A DNA stretch of 64,000 nt from Haliotis rufescens (taxonomy: Eukaryota), in NCBI RefSeq assembly GCF_023055435.1, contig NW_025963802.1:27652001-27716000 (forward strand), in the 5' to 3' direction. Of this stretch, positions 53,073 to 64,000 are shown piece by piece (within the stretch, counting starts at the first letter, position 1; each line of letters opens with the position of its first letter). Below the pieces are notes generated by a model that saw only the letters and a list, made by a program, of their open reading frames with translations, was not told the origin of the DNA and did not search any database. A program made the position numbers and the translations under genes.

Positions 53073-53957
53073 ATATTACAATAAAATAAAAACAAAACCC
53101 TTTCCATAATCATAAGACATCTCTGCCCAAAGCAGAGTCTGATGTACCATTCCGGCGTATATTAGGCATGCGTTTGTGATTCACTATCAAACAGATGATA
53201 GAAGATGTTACTATTAAATTAAAAACCAACATTTATCATTCAGTTTAAGGACCGGGCATTTTATTCGCACTGGCTGTTCTGAAAAAATACGGCTCTGGAA
53301 CAATATTAATAAATTTATTTCGTAAAGATTGCATGCATTCCCCAATCAAAGCATGGATAGCAATGTGCTATTTGACAATCAAAAATAGGTAACGCCTGGA
53401 CGAGAGAATGATTGAATAAAATTATGACAGTAAAAAAATGTCATGAAAAAGGAGCATAAGCACTGAAGAGAGCAATTCTGTCAGATGTCAGGGCGGGGCA
53501 GCTGGAATCGTTCATCTTAAATCTCAATCACTCACTTTGCATTGGCATACGCCACTCGCCAATACCAAGCACCACAACGCATTGATATCGCTCGGCAACC
53601 ATTGTATGGTGACATACATTCAACATCACATCCTTTACCGTAACGGGGATGGTTATATGGCCAATGGTATACGGCAAGTGCGTCACACTAGCCTGTAAAC
53701 CCTCGCGCCGTCATCCCGACCTGGTTGTAGCTGCCACCTCTTGTATTTATGACCGTCATAAAATGTCGACGTTGCAACTGCTGTTGAGGCTGGTGTTAGA
53801 AACGTCGCACGTATGTCCGAAGGATGGTTATTTTTTTTGTGCAGTCAGTTTATTCAATATTTATAAGCCTTGCTTTCATAATGTTTCCACATTTATTATC
53901 ATTTTTATGTTTTGTACATATCAAAGTAAACTGAACGGATCTCTGTCCATTTAATAG

Positions 53958-55245
53958 ACGACGGGCTAGCCTGGTTGTTTAAAGTTTCGTGCGTCACACC
54001 AATCTCCAGGGTTTGATTTGTCAAGTTGTGTATAATCTGTGTTCTGTATAATCTGTGTTCTGTATAATCTGTGTTCTGTATAATCTGTGTTCTGTATAAT
54101 CTGTGTTCTGTATTATCTGTGTTCTGTATAATCTGTGTTCTGTATAATCTGTGTTCTGTATAATCTGTGTTCTGTATTATCTGTGTTCTGTATAATCTGT
54201 GTTCTGTATAATCTGTGTTCTGTATAATCTGTGTCCTGTATTATCTGTGTTCTGTATAATCTGTGTTCTGTATAATCTGTGTTCTGTATAATCTGTGTTC
54301 TGTATAATCTGTGTTCTGTATTATCTGTGTTCTGTATTATCTGTGTTCTGTATAATCTGTGTTCTGTATAATCTGTGTTCTGTATTATCTGTGTTCTGTA
54401 TAATCTGTGTTCTGTATAATCTGTGTTCTGTATAATCTGTGTTCTGTATTATCTGTGTTCTGTATAATCTGTGTTCTGTATAATCTGTGTTCTGTATAAT
54501 CTGTGTTCTGTATTATCTGTGTTCTGTATTATCTGTGTTCTGTATAATCTGTGTTCTGTATAATCTGTGTTCTGTATTATCTGTGTTCTGTATAATCTGT
54601 GTTCTGTATAATCTGTGTTCTGTATAATCTGTGTCCTGTATTATCTGTGTTCTGTATTATCTGTGTTCTGTATTATCTGTGTTCTGTATAATCTGTGTTC
54701 TGTATAATCTGTGTTCTGTATAATCTGTGTTCTGTATTATCTGTGTTCTGTATTATCTGTGTTCTGTATAATCTGTGTTCTGTATAATCTGTGTTCTGTA
54801 TTATCTGTGTTCTGTATAATCTGTGTTCTGTATAATCTGTGTTCTGTATTATCTGTGTTCTGTATAATCTGTGTTCTGTATTATCTGTGTTCTGTATAAT
54901 CTGTGTTCTGTATAATCTGTGTTCTGTATTATCTGTGTTCTGTATAATCTGTGTTCTGTATAATCTGTGTTCTGTATAATCTGTGTTCTGTATTATCTGT
55001 GTTCTGTATTATCTGTGTTCTGTATTATCTGTGTTCTGTATAATCTGTGTTCTGTATAATCTGTGTTCTGTATTATCTGTGTTCTGTATAATCTGTGTTC
55101 TGTATAATCTGTGTTCTGTATTATCTGTGTTCTGTATAATCTGTGTTCTGTATAATCTGTGTTCTGTATAAACTGTGAGGATCATTCACATGCAGCTTTG
55201 ATGTTGCTGACTGCAGCATAAAACTATGTGTGTGACGTCACTCAA
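53958..55245 (+). mobile_element. Old SINE family A copy split by a 16-bp satellite
   Basis: Head GGGCTAGCCTGGTTGTTTAAAG...CGTCAC...GGGTTTGATT lies before the array. ...GTGAGGATCATT...TTGCTGACTGCAGCATAAAAC follows it. Confidence 0.6.
54031..55170. repeat. 16-bp minisatellite (TATAATCTGTGTTCTG / TATTATCTGTGTTCTG), ~71 copies
   Basis: Direct reading. Confidence 0.97.
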
Positions 55246-56380
55246 CGTTAGCTGGCTTGCCTCCAAATTGTTTTTGTTACTAACTGTGTAATGGAGTAAA
55301 TGCGCCACCCACAGTCCGCTTAAGATATTATCGTTCTTTCTTTTTAAATATCACATGACATGTGGTGTAACAAGAACTTGACTAACTTGTCAGTACGTTG
55401 TTCTGGCATGAGGTATATCTCGCCTCACTTGACTTGTTGTGATAGGGTCGGACTAATGTTGAACGCGAAATGCTTTAGTTGAAATATTGCAATGAGTTGT
55501 GCTGGCTTCTATGGAATCATAATGAATGGTTAATGAAGGGTTTACAGCGAGGTTGACGTTGTGGCAGGATTCAGACGCTAGCTCACCCCACGTCTGTGTA
55601 CATACACGGCACATCAACCACACAGACAGCATCTCCTGCTGTCACAACCGTCTTGTAAAGCACACCGACGGCAATGGGAGCTTTACACACACGTAATTGA
55701 CTTTAAGTGTAAAGACACGTGAACGTTTGTGAGACTGCGGGCGGGCATCCGATAGAGGTTTCTTCTCTTGTTTATGTCAACATTGCTGTCAGGAAGTGGT
55801 TACAGTCCATGTATTTTACTTACATATAAATCAGTTGACTTTATCGTAAATCTCGTTCATAGTATACACATCTTACAGAGTTCCTCAGCAGCCGAAACTG
55901 GAGAAAGACGAGCTTGGGATCTGCATATCTCACTCAGCTTATTGGGAAGACCTAATGTACTGATGCTATGCACATACTAACACATTATTTCCAATCATGT
56001 CATATGGGGCACTACACAACTCCAATACATTGGTACTGTACGCACTAGAACATTAAGAAGATTTGATTCACAGAATCTTAACCCTAATCACATATGTGAA
56101 AGGGATCAGAGACACACCCCAGCAGCTTAGTCAACCGTGTTAGCATCTTCAATAGTGATGGTATGTGTCAAACAGTATTACAACAAAACATAATAAAGCT
56201 TTCCACATTTGAGTCTTACGTGAATTGTGTGGTAGCAAATCCTATCTGAGATAGTCATATCCTAAAACTAAGTCTCATTGTCCATTCAAACTTTCCATTC
56301 TGCTAATTAATGTGAGGTGAGGTGAAATGGGGTTTAACGTCGCGTCCAAGGTTATTGCACTTATATAGCGACGTGCATGC

Positions 56381-56382
<2 letters not shown>

Positions 56383-56430
<48 letters not shown>
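56383..56430. repeat. (GT)n microsatellite
   Basis: Direct reading. Confidence 0.95.
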
Positions 56431-56432
<2 letters not shown>

Positions 56433-56811
56433 CTGTTTGTACTAGTCCGGACAGATGCCGATTTATAGTGCTAGCACACTGAGATACCATGCCGCAATTT
56501 AACATGAATACCCCACTCATTGGTCCAGGTACTGCAGCTGGTGGGCTTTGTAATTTGAAGCAGATATACCTTTTTCATCCAAAACTGGCTCCCAGAGGAT
56601 GGATTAGATATCGCTGCAATGAAATTACATCACAATGCTTTGCAGACCATTGTGACGTCACTGGTTACCATGACGTCACAATCAAATGACATCACTAATG
56701 GCTCTGCTACTGAAGCTGTTAGCAGTACTTTTTACACTGAAGACACAGCTAATTACTGTCTACTTATTGAAAAAGTTGAAAGAATGATGTTGGATGATAA
56801 ATGAAATCTCA

Positions 56812-56941
56812 CCCTCGTGTCTTTTGATATCAAATATATCAAAACTCGTTGATAAAAGTGGCAAAAATCTTCGGCAAGCCTCGGAATTTTTCCACTTTTA
56901 TCAACTCGTGTTGATATATTTGATATCAAAAGACACTCGGG
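56812..56941. repeat. ~130-bp imperfect palindrome (hairpin MITE-like)
   Basis: Arms GTGTCTTTTGATATCAAATATATCAA...GTTGATAAAAGTGG and CCACTTTTATCAAC...TTGATATATTTGATATCAAAAGACAC surround a CGGCAAGCCTCG centre. Confidence 0.9.
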
Positions 56942-56957
56942 AGTGCTGTACATCGCT

Positions 56958-57186
56958 TGAGTGAGTGAGTGAGTGAGTGAGTGAGTGAGTGAGTGAGTGA
57001 GTGAGTGAGTGAGTGAGTGAGTGAGTGAGTGAGTATGTCTTTACGCCGCTTTTAGCAATATTCCAGCAATATCACGGCGGGGGACAACAGAAATGGGATT
57101 CACACATTGAACCCATGTCGGGAATCGAACCCGGGTCTTCGCTGTGACGAACGAACGCTTTAACCACTAGGCTACCCCACCGCCCC
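56958..57186 (-). mobile_element. tRNA-derived SINE family A, young copy with 8-bp TSD ACATCGCT and long (GAGT)n tail
   Basis: TSD at 56950-56957 and 57187-57194; intact A and B boxes on the minus strand. Confidence 0.92.
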
Positions 57187-57771
57187 ACATCGCTCGGGCA
57201 ATATTGTAGTAATATTATGGCTAGGATAGCGGGATAACATTTGACGCTTTGGATACGAACCCCTAAACAGGGCCAACTAACACATCGCATTGGAGGATCC
57301 GAACAAAGAAAACATATGACAAGATTTATTTCTTTGGTCCAGGGTCCGCCATAAGGCGCGCGATGTTCTGTCCTGATGACTGGGTTTTTTAACTCTCTAA
57401 ATATATGTGTTTCAACGTAGTCCGCGGTGATACACACTTCTTGTTTAAGAATCCCTATTACATGAACATATTGGCCGGAATTTATTACATCTCAGTTTTG
57501 AAATGCCACCCTTTCAGTGCACTTTCATCTTGAACACTAGTTATGTATTGAATCTGTGCTCTGACACTCACCCTGTGGCGAATCTGGCAGACAATGTCTC
57601 GTGATTTGAGAAGGGCGCAGGTATCTGATCTCTTCTGCGCCAGGCTTTGTGAGGACAAGGGGGGAATTCCAATGTAAATCGCGTCCAATCAGTGGAACCT
57701 AACACCAACATCTATTTGAAATCGTAATCTAATATTTAGGCTTAAGTATGGGAAACAGTTAAACATGTCAT

Positions 57772-60137
57772 ACCCAACTCCAGCACCAATCAACGCCAGC
57801 CCCACCCAACCCAAGCCTCACCCAACCCCAGCACCATCCAACGCCAGAACCACCCAACCCCGGCACCATCCAACCCCAGCCTCGACCCAACCCCAGCCTC
57901 ACCCAACTCCAGCACAATCCAACCCCAGCATCACCCAACCCCAGCATCACCCAACCCCAGCACCACCCAACCCCAGCCCCACCAAGCACCATCCAACCCC
58001 AGCCTCACCCAACCCCAGCACCATCCAACCCCAGCCTCGACCAACCCCAGCCCCACCCAACCTCAGCCTCATCCAACCCCAGCATCACCCAACCCCAGCA
58101 CCACACAACCCCAGCCCCACCCAGCACCATCCAACCCAAGCCTCACCCAACCCCAGCACCATCCAACCCTAGCCTCGAATAACCCCAGCCCCACCCAACC
58201 TCAGCCTCATCCAACCCCAATATATCTAAACCCCAGCACCACCCAACCCCAGCCCCACCAAGCATCACCCAAACCCAGCACCACCCAACCCCAGCCCCAC
58301 CCAGCACCATCCAACACAAGCACCACCCAGCCCAAGCCCCACCCAACCTCAGCATCACCCAACCCCAGCATCACCCAACCCCAGCATCACCAACCCCAGC
58401 ACCATCCAACCCCAGCACCACCCATCCCAAGCACCACCAAAACCCAGCACCATCCAACCCCATCACCACCCAACCTCAGCCTCACCAAACCCCAGCACCA
58501 TCCAACCCCAGCACCACCCAACCCCAGCATCACCAACCCCAACACCATACAACCCCAGCCTCACCCAACCCCAGCACCATCCAATCCCAGCGCCATCCAA
58601 CCCCAGCATCACCCAACCCCAGCACCATCCAACTCCAGCCTCACCCAACCCAAGCACCACCCAACCCCAGCCCCACCCAACCTTAGCCTCACCCAACCCC
58701 AGCACCATCCAACCCCAGCCTCACCCAACCCCAGCACCATCCAACCCAAGCACCACCCAGCCCAAGCCCCACCAATCCTCAGCATCACCCAACCCCAGCA
58801 TCACCCAACCCCAGCATCACCCAACCCCAGCACCATCCAATCCCAGCACCACCCATCTCAAGCACCACCCAAGCCCAGCACCATCCAACCCCATCACCAC
58901 CCAACCTCAGCCTCACCAAACCCCAGCACCATCCAACCCCAGCATCACCAAACCCCAGCATCACCCAACCACAGCACCACCCAACCCCAGCATCACCAAC
59001 CCCAACACCATACAACCCCAGCCTCACCCAACCCCAGCACCATCCAACCCCAGCACCATCCAATCCCAGCGCCATCCAACCCCAGCATCACCCAACCCCA
59101 GCACCATCCAACCCCAGCCTCACCCAACCCCAGCACCATCCAACCCCAGCACCATCCAACCTCAGCCTCACCCAACCCCAGCCCCACCCAACCTCAGCCT
59201 CACCCAACCCAAGCACCACCCAACCCCAGCCCCACCCAACCTTAGCCTCACCCAACCCTAGCACCATCCAACCCCAGCCTCACCCAACCCCAGCACCATC
59301 CAACCCAGCACCACCCAACCTCAGCACCATCCAACCCCGGCACCACCCAAATCCAGCACCACCCAACCCCAGCACCACCCAACCCCAGCACCACCCAACT
59401 CAAGCACTATCCAACGCCAACCCCATCCAAACCCAATCCCCACCCAATTTCAGCACCACCCAACTCCAGCACCATCCAACACCAGCATCACCCAGCCCGA
59501 GCACCATCCATACCAGCATCACCCAGCCCTAGCACCATCCAACCCAAGCAACACCCAACCCCAGCTTCACCAACCCCAGCACCATCCAACCCCAGCCTCA
59601 CCCAACCCCAGCACAATCCAACCCCAGCACCATCCAACCCCAGCACCATGCAATCCCAACCCCACCCAACCCCAGCCTCACCTAACCCCAGCACCATCCA
59701 ACCCCAGCCTCACCCAGCCCAAGCACCACCCAACCCCAGCCTCACCCAACCCCAGCCCCACCCAACCTCCGCCTCACCCAACCCAAGCACCATCCAACCC
59801 CAGCCTCACCCAACCCCAGCACCATCCAACTCCAGCATCACCCAGCCCCAGCCCCAGCACCATCCAACCCCAGCATCATCCAACGCCAGCCCCACCCAAC
59901 CCCAGCCTCACCCAACCCCAGCCCCACCCAATTTCAGTCTCAACCAACTCCAGCACTATCCAACCCCAGCCTCACCCAACCCCAGCCCCACCTAACCCAA
60001 GCATCGCCGAACCCCAGCACCACCCAATCCCAGCCCCACCAAACCCCAGCCTCGCACCAAAGCGCCAGCCCAAACCCAACCCCAGTCCCACTCAACACCA
60101 GCCCCAATCAAGTCCAGCCCCTTCCAACCCCAGCCCA
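57772..60137. repeat. C-rich ~16-17-bp degenerate minisatellite (CACCCAACCCCAGCAC / CATCCAACCCCAGCCT)
   Basis: Direct reading; extreme C/A versus G/T strand skew. Confidence 0.95.
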
Positions 60138-60177
60138 GGCCGGCATGGTTTCTTAAGTTTAAACTTTTCTTTTTCAG

Positions 60178-60245
60178 GTCAAACGGAGATAGAGGTCACT
60201 GTTCTGACCATTATATTTGTTGCCGCAGTTGCCGGAAATGGCCTG
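60178..60245 (+). CDS. FFAR4-like GPCR, coding exon 2 (TM1)
   Basis: Acceptor TTTTCTTTTTCAG| and donor CTG|GTAAGT. Reads (G)QTEIEVTVLTIIFVAAVAGNGL with the TM1 GN motif; phase 1-0. Confidence 0.92.
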
Positions 60246-61974
60246 GTAAGTACAGAAGACACCTCCAGGCGAGGGTGACATCAGTGACGGTAACGAGGGG
60301 TCAGTAGTAGTGGTGGTGAGGTTATATTAAGTCAGGCAGAGAGGTAACAGAGATAGTGGTAAAACAACGTCTGCTGGACAGATTTCAGTTGATCGAATAT
60401 CCGCTATTGCATCCTCAAGTAGCTGGATTTCACAGTATGAATGTACAAACATATCGAGACTGACAACTGTTGAAGTAATGACAATATTCACAATAATCAA
60501 TATAACTACAGACCCAGTTCTAACATGTGCATTTGCACAGCCTTTATGTGAGCACCTGATAAAGGGTGGTTTAGCTGACAAGGACCTACGTTATAATGCC
60601 AAGCCTCAGGCATACTGACTGACGTCTCTATGGTTACAAATGTACAAGGGGTATTCGGCATTGTATTTTTCTTTTTAAAGCGAAACCTAATACCAACAAG
60701 ATGAAACCAAGAACTTATATGTCGACAACACGAATTATTGTAAGGTTAAGAGAGATGAACAACCCTAGCGGAGGCAGGCATCGTGCTGCGGGTCGGGGTA
60801 TATGACCGTACAGACAGCACCAGTTGTTGTAGAGTGTTGCAAGTGTGACCTTACTTACGTTTCTGTATCTTCTGTGACTACAATTAATATCTTTTCCTAT
60901 GTTTATTCAAATCATTTTGGAGGCTTTTAAAACTGCGAATATTGAATATGTCTATTCCTCGGCTCTGAAATCACCCTCTACGGAACGCCGGAATTAATCA
61001 TCATTACATGATGCTAGGGATAGATCCAATCACACATAATAAATACAAACGACAAATCTCTTTCCATGGTCATACAATTCTATTGTACGACTATGTCATA
61101 AGCATGTGTACATGAATCACTCTCAAATAGTGATGGTACCTGGTGTTCGCGAAGGACCAGAGAACAGCCTACTGATGGTAAACACATGCCCAGGTTTGTA
61201 ATGTTCCAAATCAGGAGACCGGATTAATAAAGCGACAGTAGGAAACACTGAAATCGTCCCCTACAGATGGCGATAAAGTACAAAAGCCCTCTCGAATTAT
61301 ACAGACGTCAGTGACGTCACAGGAGTGGTCGAAGACATGCAAGGAAGCAGGTCACGTAGTCCGGCTGTCGAGTAGCTGGTTATGAGGTGCTATCAATTCA
61401 CATTATTCTGTCTCCGTGAAGCCAAATCAGATGCGGTTGACAAGCATATTAAAGCCTCGTGCCTAACATTGGGTGAATAACAACCGCCAGTGCCATTACG
61501 TAGGTTCTGCGGCATGTGTACAAGAAATGCTGCAAGAAGCCGATTGTATACTATACCTGGCACTCAATTTCCGGTCTACACTCTTACACCTCCCTGTATA
61601 GGCAAGCATTCTACGTTACTTTCTCTAAATTAACACAGCCTACACAAATACACGTAGCATCACACTCATCTCTCACATAGACCATGCCACCGTCATTCAG
61701 ATTGTGTCTTTTCATATAACTACCGCACCAATGTATGAGATTGTTGGAACTGTCAGACGCGAACACTTTGAGGTTTAGACACAGACCGGGAGGTACAGGC
61801 TATAATTATATTTTCCCAAACGACTTCAGTCTGGTGATAATTGGTTTTAAGAAAATTGCATATTGAAATAATACGCCAGCGTTTATTGATTAATCTACAC
61901 CACGAAATTCGAGTAAGAGTATACCGTTCCATTTGCAGGAACGTATGCATTTACTCTTATTCTTGCCAGATCAC

Positions 61975-62135
61975 TGTGGCCTAAGGTCAATTTTTTTAAG
62001 CATCAATGCTAAAAGCCTGGGTTCGATTCTCAACACGGCCACATACTTGAAGCCCAGTTCTGGTGACCCCCGCCGTGATATTGCTGCAGGATTGCCAAAG
62101 GCGGCGTTAAACCATACTCACTCACTCACTCACTT
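61975..62135 (+). mobile_element. Degenerate tRNA-derived SINE family A in GPCR intron 2
   Basis: GGGTTCGATTCT...GAAGCCCAGTTCTGGTGACCCCCGCCGTGATATTGCT...GCGGCGTTAAACCATACTCACTCAC. Confidence 0.85.
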
Positions 62136-62291
62136 ACTGTAAGTGTTGGATATAATTCCCTAGCAGAACGTCGATAGATAAACTGTGTCTGGAAGCTGCA
62201 TGAACCTACGTTGTATCGCAAAGTATGATAGGTACGCGTTAGAGCTATTGAATGTCCATGATGTCCTAGTAACAGTCAGTGTCCCCTGCAG

Positions 62292-63149
62292 GTGCTGCTG
62301 GTCATTCTAAGGTGCCGGAGGCTGCGTAGTGCCACCAACTTCTTCATCGCCAACCTGGCCGTCGCCGACCTCCTGTTGGCGTCAGGCATCCCCTTCATCG
62401 CCACGACCCGCGTCACAACATCCTGGGAGTTTGGTGACGTCATCTGTAAACTCGTGACTTACGTCCAGTTCATTGCTGGGACGTGTTCGATACTGACAAT
62501 GATGATGATATCGATAGAGCGCTACACCTACATCTGTTTCTCGCACCGCAGGCGCATGTCCGGACAACTTGCCTGCTGGATCATTTCCGGTGTGTGGGTC
62601 ATCTCTATAACATTTCCGGTTCCCATTGCACTTGCGCAAGCTGAACTTAGTATCATTCAAGATGGTAGGATGTACATATTTTGTGGAATCCACTGGCCGA
62701 AAGGGTTTCATGCAGATGTGTATTTGATTTTGATTGGAATCTTATCCTTTATGTTACCCCTAATAGTTATAACTATATTTTATTACAAAATTTTCAACAT
62801 GGTGCGGGCTTCCTCCCGGCGGAGTCAGCTTCGGGGATCAACACGCGGGAACAAACTTCAAGTGCGACTGATAAAGATGAGCGTGTTGATCGTGTTTATG
62901 TTTGTAACGATGTGGTTGCCATTCTTTGTCATCGGCTTCTTCGGAGTGTACACGAAGTCAATTACGTCATCGAACTTCGTGATCACGATCATCCTGGCCA
63001 TGGGCAACTCCTGTCAGAACCCGATCATATACGGGTACTTCAACACCCGCTTCCGGGAGGAGTTCAGTGCGCTATGCTGTTGTGGAGACGTTGACCAACA
63101 CCAGGCGGCGCCCAATGTGCCGTCCACCGAGGATGCAGAACGATCGTAG
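62292..63149 (+). CDS. FFAR4-like GPCR, coding exon 3 (end of TM1 to TM7 and C-tail)
   Basis: Acceptor CCCCTGCAG|. Contains NLAVADL (TM2), ERY (TM3), ECL2 Cys, MWLP (TM6), NPIIY (TM7), helix 8 FREEF and a CCC putative palmitoylation site. Confidence 0.95.
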   Translation: MLLVILRCRRLRSATNFFIANLAVADLLLASGIPFIATTRVTTSWEFGDVICKLVTYVQFIAGTCSILTMMMISIERYTYICFSHRRRMSGQLACWIISGVWVISITFPVPIALAQAELSIIQDGRMYIFCGIHWPKGFHADVYLILIGILSFMLPLIVITIFYYKIFNMVRASSRRSQLRGSTRGNKLQVRLIKMSVLIVFMFVTMWLPFFVIGFFGVYTKSITSSNFVITIILAMGNSCQNPIIYGYFNTRFREEFSALCCCGDVDQHQAAPNVPSTEDAERS

Positions 63150-63223
63150 GAAGAAAATCTTCAGTACGATGAATGTGTTATGGAACCTATGACCGTAATC
63201 GTGTACCTGCAACAGATTCACTT

Positions 63224-63229
63224 AATAAA
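63224..63229 (+). terminator. Candidate polyadenylation signal of GPCR gene
   Basis: AATAAA 75 nt after the stop codon. Confidence 0.4.
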
Positions 63230-64000
63230 ACTAATGTTAATGATATAGCTTTGATGCTTACCCGGTGACGGGGTGTGACGCCTCTGTGTCCCTACGTATC
63301 AGGCGAACATATCGTACAGTCAGCTGAGCGGTGCCGTTAAACGTACACTAACTTACACAACATAATGGTGGTGTTTGACATTAAGCCGATCGGTATTACT
63401 CATTACATTTCATCATTGGCCATGACATCTAGATATAACGAAGAAAATTTATGGATGGCAACTTCCTTAATATGAGGAACAAAACGTTTCGGAGGTTAGC
63501 ATCGGAGTTGTCATCAATAAATATCTTTCCCCGTATTGTGTATCATTTCTAAACGCCATTCAGAGACTTGATCTGGGTGCATCGGAGTTATTACATACGG
63601 ATATACCTGATGCCATTGCAACTGGTTACACAGGGGCTTACCTGATGCCATTGTATGCTGGATATACACCCTTGGTCACTGATATCATTGCATCTGTATA
63701 TATCGGGGCTGCCTCATATCATTGCCTCTACCTATACCGGGTTTTTTGATGCCAGTGTATGCTCAGTGTCACCGGGGCTCGAATATAAAATGCTCGGCAA
63801 AAGAAGGTATACACCATGTTTGATGGTGGTTAAAATGAACCAATGGTTATCCGATGATGGTGTATTTGGTACTGGTATCATATGCGTATCTCAAAACAGA
63901 TCAGCCTAAGGTTTTGAAAACGTTTGTAATTTTTTGGTTAAACCCAATTTTCAAGTACATACTTTCTTTTGCCAAGCAGTTAATATACATGTGTACAATA

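Noticed and set aside
53765-53810. Hammerhead-ribozyme-like string (CTGTTGA...GAAACGTCG); similar at ~9100 and ~63485 (minus)
   Set aside because: The catalytic core deviates from CUGANGA and stems I and II are not convincingly formed. A cmsearch would be needed to support it.
57765-59995. Pro/Gln/His-rich extensin- or mucin-like ORFs
   Set aside because: They come from an intronic C-rich minisatellite whose frames are repeatedly broken.
62292-62294. GTG as the GPCR start codon
   Set aside because: It is the first codon after a splice acceptor. Most of TM1 and the N-terminus are in upstream exons.

Overview
This is eukaryotic (animal) genomic DNA, not prokaryotic. It is AT-rich, contains introns and is dense in repeats. 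The SINE families and protein motifs point to a mollusc, possibly an abalone-like gastropod; that assignment is inferred from recalled motifs, not from a search. Two spliced host genes can be reconstructed on the + strand. The first is the last three exons of a single-pass membrane protein (<1..78, 4149..4232, 4872..5575). The second is a complete 3-exon rhodopsin-family GPCR (52542..52623, 60178..60245, 62292..63149; 335 aa) resembling free fatty acid receptor 4 (FFAR4/GPR120). The rest is a mosaic. About ten unrelated mini/satellite arrays cover roughly 18-19 kb. There are also decayed Tc1 and mariner transposons, Penelope-like retroelement fragments, an R4/Dong-like and a CR1/L2-like LINE fragment, three SINE families and several MITEs. 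A 3.1-kb non-autonomous element with TATGG..CCATA ends and a 6-bp TSD (IS3EU-like) holds nested insertions and a 175-nt assembly gap. Most ORFs in the supplied track are repeat artefacts. I found no convincing novel multi-gene system. The most notable items are the FFAR4-like receptor, the IS3EU-like element, and minisatellites that visibly arose inside transposable elements.
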